Below, piece by piece: positions 59,644 through 63,084 of a stretch of 63,084 bases of DNA. The notes beneath the pieces are model-generated. The model searched no databases, was not told where the DNA came from, and saw nothing but the letters and a program-made list of their open reading frames with translations. The position numbers and the translations under genes are program-made. Origin of the DNA: Acidimicrobiaceae bacterium. Lineage in GTDB: Bacteria; Actinomycetota; Acidimicrobiia; Acidimicrobiales; Bog-793. Within the stretch, counting starts at the first letter, position 1, and each line of letters begins with the position of its first letter. The stretch is taken from the NCBI GenBank assembly GCA_003140595.1, contig PLKG01000132.1, positions 271-63,354 of the forward strand, given 5' to 3'.

Positions 59644-60147
59644 ATGGCCGCGAGTCCCGCTGTTGATGTCCTCGTCCGCAGTGGCACCGCTCACCGCCTG
59701 CACGAATACATTCACGACGTGGCGGCCCCTTACGGCCAGGAAGCGGCAGAAGCGACTGGAACAGAGCCGGGCCGCGTGTTCAAGACGCTCGTCGTCGCGG
59801 TCGCGGACACCTTGGCTGTCGCGGTGATACCGGTAACTGCCGAGCTCGACCTGAAGGCAATGGCCCACGCCCTCGGCGTGAAGAAGGTGGCGATGGCAGA
59901 ACCGACGGTGGCTGAGCGCGCGACTGGCTACGTGGTCGGCGGGATAAGCCCGCTTGGCCAGAAACGCCGTCTGCCGACCATCGTCGATCGGAGCGCTTCG
60001 AGCTGGCCGACGGTCTTCGTGAGTGGCGGACGCCGAGGTCTCGAGATCGAGCTCGGCCCCGCAGATCTAGTCGCCTTGACCGGTGCGTCACTCGCTCTGG
60101 TCGCCCGCGCGCGCAAGCGACGGAGCGACAGTGCAGACCTCCGGTAG
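59644..60147 (+). CDS. ybaK: Cys-tRNA(Pro) deacylase
   Basis: VFKTL, LDLK, TGYVVGGISPLGQK, SGGRRGLEI; ATG at 59644. Confidence 0.9.
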   Translation: MAASPAVDVLVRSGTAHRLHEYIHDVAAPYGQEAAEATGTEPGRVFKTLVVAVADTLAVAVIPVTAELDLKAMAHALGVKKVAMAEPTVAERATGYVVGGISPLGQKRRLPTIVDRSASSWPTVFVSGGRRGLEIELGPADLVALTGASLALVARARKRRSDSADLR

Positions 60148-61189
60148 GGTGCGACGCGACCAGTTGCGAAGGATCCTTGACCCGGGTCTGTGAGCGCTCG
60201 CCCCAAGGCCTGTCGGAGAGCGGACCAGGTCTCGTGTCGGCCGCGCCGCGCGGTCGCGTCGGCGAGGCACCCGGCTCTCCCGACGCCGCCAGGACGACCG
60301 CGTCCACCCAGGACGCGCTCGATTGAGATAGACGAGTTCGCTCGTGAACAACGAGCCCTGCCATCGCCAGTGGCCGCAACGCCAAGGCGGACCTTGTTGT
60401 CATGCCACGTGTTCACTCCGAACGAGCGGCCACAACGCTGGACGGCCGTTCGCAAACCACAGCCAGCGGGAGGCCGCGCAACATACAGGCGGCCCCCCCG
60501 CTGGCTGCGCCAATGAGAGCGTTTTCCGCTCGTGCGGGACCGCTCCCACTTCGTCTCGAGGTCTCATGATACCCAGCTGGGACTGTGGGTTGCTAGAGGA
60601 CAACTGGGGGATAACGTCGACATCGGTCGGACGGGTCGCCAGTGTCTCCTACGGCGGCACCTGAGTGACTGAGTCGAGCGGCGCCGAAGGCGGCGGCCAC
60701 GGAGGTTGCAGAAGGATCAGCGGCCGCGTGCTCGGTTGCGCCGTTCTCGTCGTCGTCGGAGGACGGCCAGGAACTTGCGGAATATGAAGGCCACACGCGG
60801 AAACTACTCCCTCGTCAGATCAGAGTCGCGCTTTCGCTCGTCACCGGTTCAAGCAAGCACCGCGCCCTGCTTCACCGGCGCGAGCTGCCGACGACTCGTT
60901 TCGCCCGACCCTCGCTGAGGCGGAGGGTCGACACCCTTGCCACACGATCGCGACAGCCCAATCGGACCTGGCGTGAACCCTAAGACGAGACTCTTCGCTG
61001 ACGAGCTGACGATGAGTGGAGCGGTCCGCGAACCTCGAGCGAGCCCTGAGTGATCTCGCCGTTCAAGACGAAATGGGGCCGTCCCGCGGCGGGCGTCCCA
61101 CGCTTTCGAAACGCTCCGAGACAGAGCCCTATATGACACACGAGCCGATTATACAAGTTTGTGTTATCGAACGGGGTATCATCGGACGT

Positions 61190-62314
61190 GTGGCGACACA
61201 GAATCCGTACAGCTACGGCGGGCCAGTGAGTGGGCCGCACTTCATCGGCAGGGACGCGGAGGTCGCCGACTTGGTGACCTGCATGGTCGGCGGCATCAGC
61301 GTGGTCGTCACCGCTCCCCGCCGCTACGGCAAGACCTCGCTCATCGACCGTGCCACCGAGCTCGTCCGCAAGGACCACGGTGCTGTGATCTCCGTGAACC
61401 TGATGCACTGTCCGGGACTCGACACCTTCGCCAGCCGCCTCGTCGCCGGGGCCTACAACACCGAAGGCGCACGGGTGCGGAGGGCTCGTCAGGGTCTACC
61501 CGAGCTGCTGCGGCGGCTCAGGGTGCAGCCCGCACCGACCCTCGATGACGCGGGCAAGCCTCGCTTCACATTCGGGGGCCTCGCCGAGCGTGATGCGATT
61601 GTTGTTCTGGACGACACGTACGCGATCCTCTCCTCTCTCACCACGCAGCGTCCCGCTGTATTGATCCTCGACGAGTTCCAGGCGGTCGGGGAACTGGGCG
61701 GTGGACTCGCGCCTGCCCTCAAAGCGCTCGGGGACCAACATCCGAAGGTGTCGCTCGTCGTTGCCGGATCGCGCCAGCACCTCATGGACGCCCTTGTTCT
61801 TTCTCGCGGAGCGCCGCTCTACAACATGGCCGAGCGGCTCGCCCTCGGGCCGATCGACGAGCGCGTAATGGTCCGCTACCTAGTTGACCGAGCGCGCCAC
61901 GGAGCCAAGGAGATGACCGAGGCAGCGGCTGAACACATCTGCGAGCTCGCCGGGCCTGTTCCCTACGACATCCAGCGCCTGGCCTACGAGGTCTTCGACC
62001 GAGCCGGAGATCGGATTGACACGAGCAACGCTGACGATGGCATGGGCGGGGTGATCCGACGCGAAGACCCGAACTTCACCGATGCCTTCTCCAGGATGTC
62101 GATCAGGCATCGCCGGGTGCTCGTCGGCATCGCCGTACGCCGCCGGGTTGAGCAGCCCTACACCGCAGAATTGGCCAGAGAGGTCGGCTACGCCGGACCA
62201 CCAGGGGTTCGGCGTGCGATCGAGGCGCTCGGCGCCGACGAGACCATCTCGGATCGACAGGGCGCGCTGGTCGTCACAGACCCGTTCTTTGCCGAATGGC
62301 TTCGCCGTCTATGA
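61190..62314 (+). CDS. AAA/STAND-like ATPase (archaeal ATPase family) with C-terminal winged helix
   Basis: NPYSYG, FIGRDAE, APRRYGKTSL, LILDEFQ, AGS, DPFFAEW; TATCAT-N7-GTG. Confidence 0.8.
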   Translation: MATQNPYSYGGPVSGPHFIGRDAEVADLVTCMVGGISVVVTAPRRYGKTSLIDRATELVRKDHGAVISVNLMHCPGLDTFASRLVAGAYNTEGARVRRARQGLPELLRRLRVQPAPTLDDAGKPRFTFGGLAERDAIVVLDDTYAILSSLTTQRPAVLILDEFQAVGELGGGLAPALKALGDQHPKVSLVVAGSRQHLMDALVLSRGAPLYNMAERLALGPIDERVMVRYLVDRARHGAKEMTEAAAEHICELAGPVPYDIQRLAYEVFDRAGDRIDTSNADDGMGGVIRREDPNFTDAFSRMSIRHRRVLVGIAVRRRVEQPYTAELAREVGYAGPPGVRRAIEALGADETISDRQGALVVTDPFFAEWLRRL

Positions 62315-62648
62315 CCATGAGACCGGAGCGAGCCAAGAACGGGACATAGGGTTCTAAGACGAGCCGCTCCCTAAAACCTACGTTCCGCAGGTCGCGGGAC
62401 CGCTTAAGAGGAATATCGGCGAGAGGTTCGTTGTGGTCCTCACGACCCGACGTTGTTGGACTCCCCCAGCGGCACTATCGCCGGATGGATGACACCGAGC
62501 ATTGCGCAAGAATGATCAGAATCATGTCCTGCGGAGCCGCACTTGTGGTCATTGACTTGGGCCTTGTCAATGGCACGACCCCAGCGTACCCTCGGCTTTC
62601 GACGTCAACCGACACAGGGTGAAGACACCGAGACAGGAGGAATGACAA

Positions 62649-63084
62649 ATGAGTGCTCGGAGAATTCTATGTAGTCGGGTCGGGCCCGCCGCAGCGTTGG
62701 GCGTGGCCTTCGTGCTTGGAGGTGCAACCTTTAGTGCTGTGCAGATCGCTGGGGCCAGCAACCCCGGTGTTACCTACCACGCGTGTTTGTTGAAGGGCGT
62801 TCTATCGAAGGTGGGAGGCGCGTCACCGACGTGCATAAAGGGAGCAAAGGTCATCTCCTGGAACTCGACTGGCCCGCAGGGGCCCAAGGGAGCCCCGGGC
62901 GCCACGGGTGCCGCTGGCCCACAGGGACCGACCGGTGCGGCTGGTGCGACTGGCGCGGCTGGCCCACAGGGATCGGCGGGTATGGCTCGTGATGCAGGCG
63001 ACGTGTATCCCACCGCCACCCCGAGTCTCCGCACACAGGGGCTCCTGGGCTGGGTCTCCGTGACCAACGTCGGCACTGGAGAGT
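62649..63084 (+). CDS. Exported collagen-like protein, partial (runs off the window)
   Basis: AGGAGG RBS; signal-like N-terminus; YHAC...C...ISWN; 13 Gly-X-Y triplets at 62871-62987; no stop before the window end. Confidence 0.8.
   Translation, partial: MSARRILCSRVGPAAALGVAFVLGGATFSAVQIAGASNPGVTYHACLLKGVLSKVGGASPTCIKGAKVISWNSTGPQGPKGAPGATGAAGPQGPTGAAGATGAAGPQGSAGMARDAGDVYPTATPSLRTQGLLGWVSVTNVGTGE

Noticed and set aside
60150-60403. Decayed PIN toxin (SWVDAVVLAA)
   Set aside because: The resemblance is limited to about 10 residues.

Overview
GC-rich chromosomal window; gene content and leaderless genes suggest Actinomycetota, possibly Acidimicrobiia. About 55 CDS. In order: (1) a surface-glycan block with two GT2 genes and a methyltransferase-GT2-coiled-coil protein carrying 25 tandem heptads. 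(2) A CarH/LitR-type B12 photoreceptor next to cfa/DUF1365/FAD-oxidoreductase genes (furan-fatty-acid-like); both promoters share a TTAGT(A/G)CTAA palindrome. (3) A Zn/Mn ABC operon with a Fur/Zur box, followed by a candidate structured ncRNA. (4) Housekeeping genes: GH15, marP, VIT1, two cyclophilins, ask-asd, riboflavin synthase, aroC. (5) The most striking locus: a fluoride (crcB-motif) riboswitch with an RBS-sequestering platform heading a six-gene Ehr/Hyf-like membrane complex plus a dynamin-like GTPase. The large subunit lacks the NiFe cysteines and the small subunit has all four Fe-S cysteines replaced by D/E/D/S. An anSME-radical SAM-enolase operon lies directly upstream. (6) MarR/MFS/USP. 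(7) A LacI-linked GH130/GH5/GH42/polyol catabolic cluster containing a decayed tnpB 3' end. (8) ybaK, an AAA ATPase and a collagen-like exported protein cut by the window end. No rRNA, tRNA or CRISPR array was seen. All calls come from motif reading by eye; no searches or folding programs were run.
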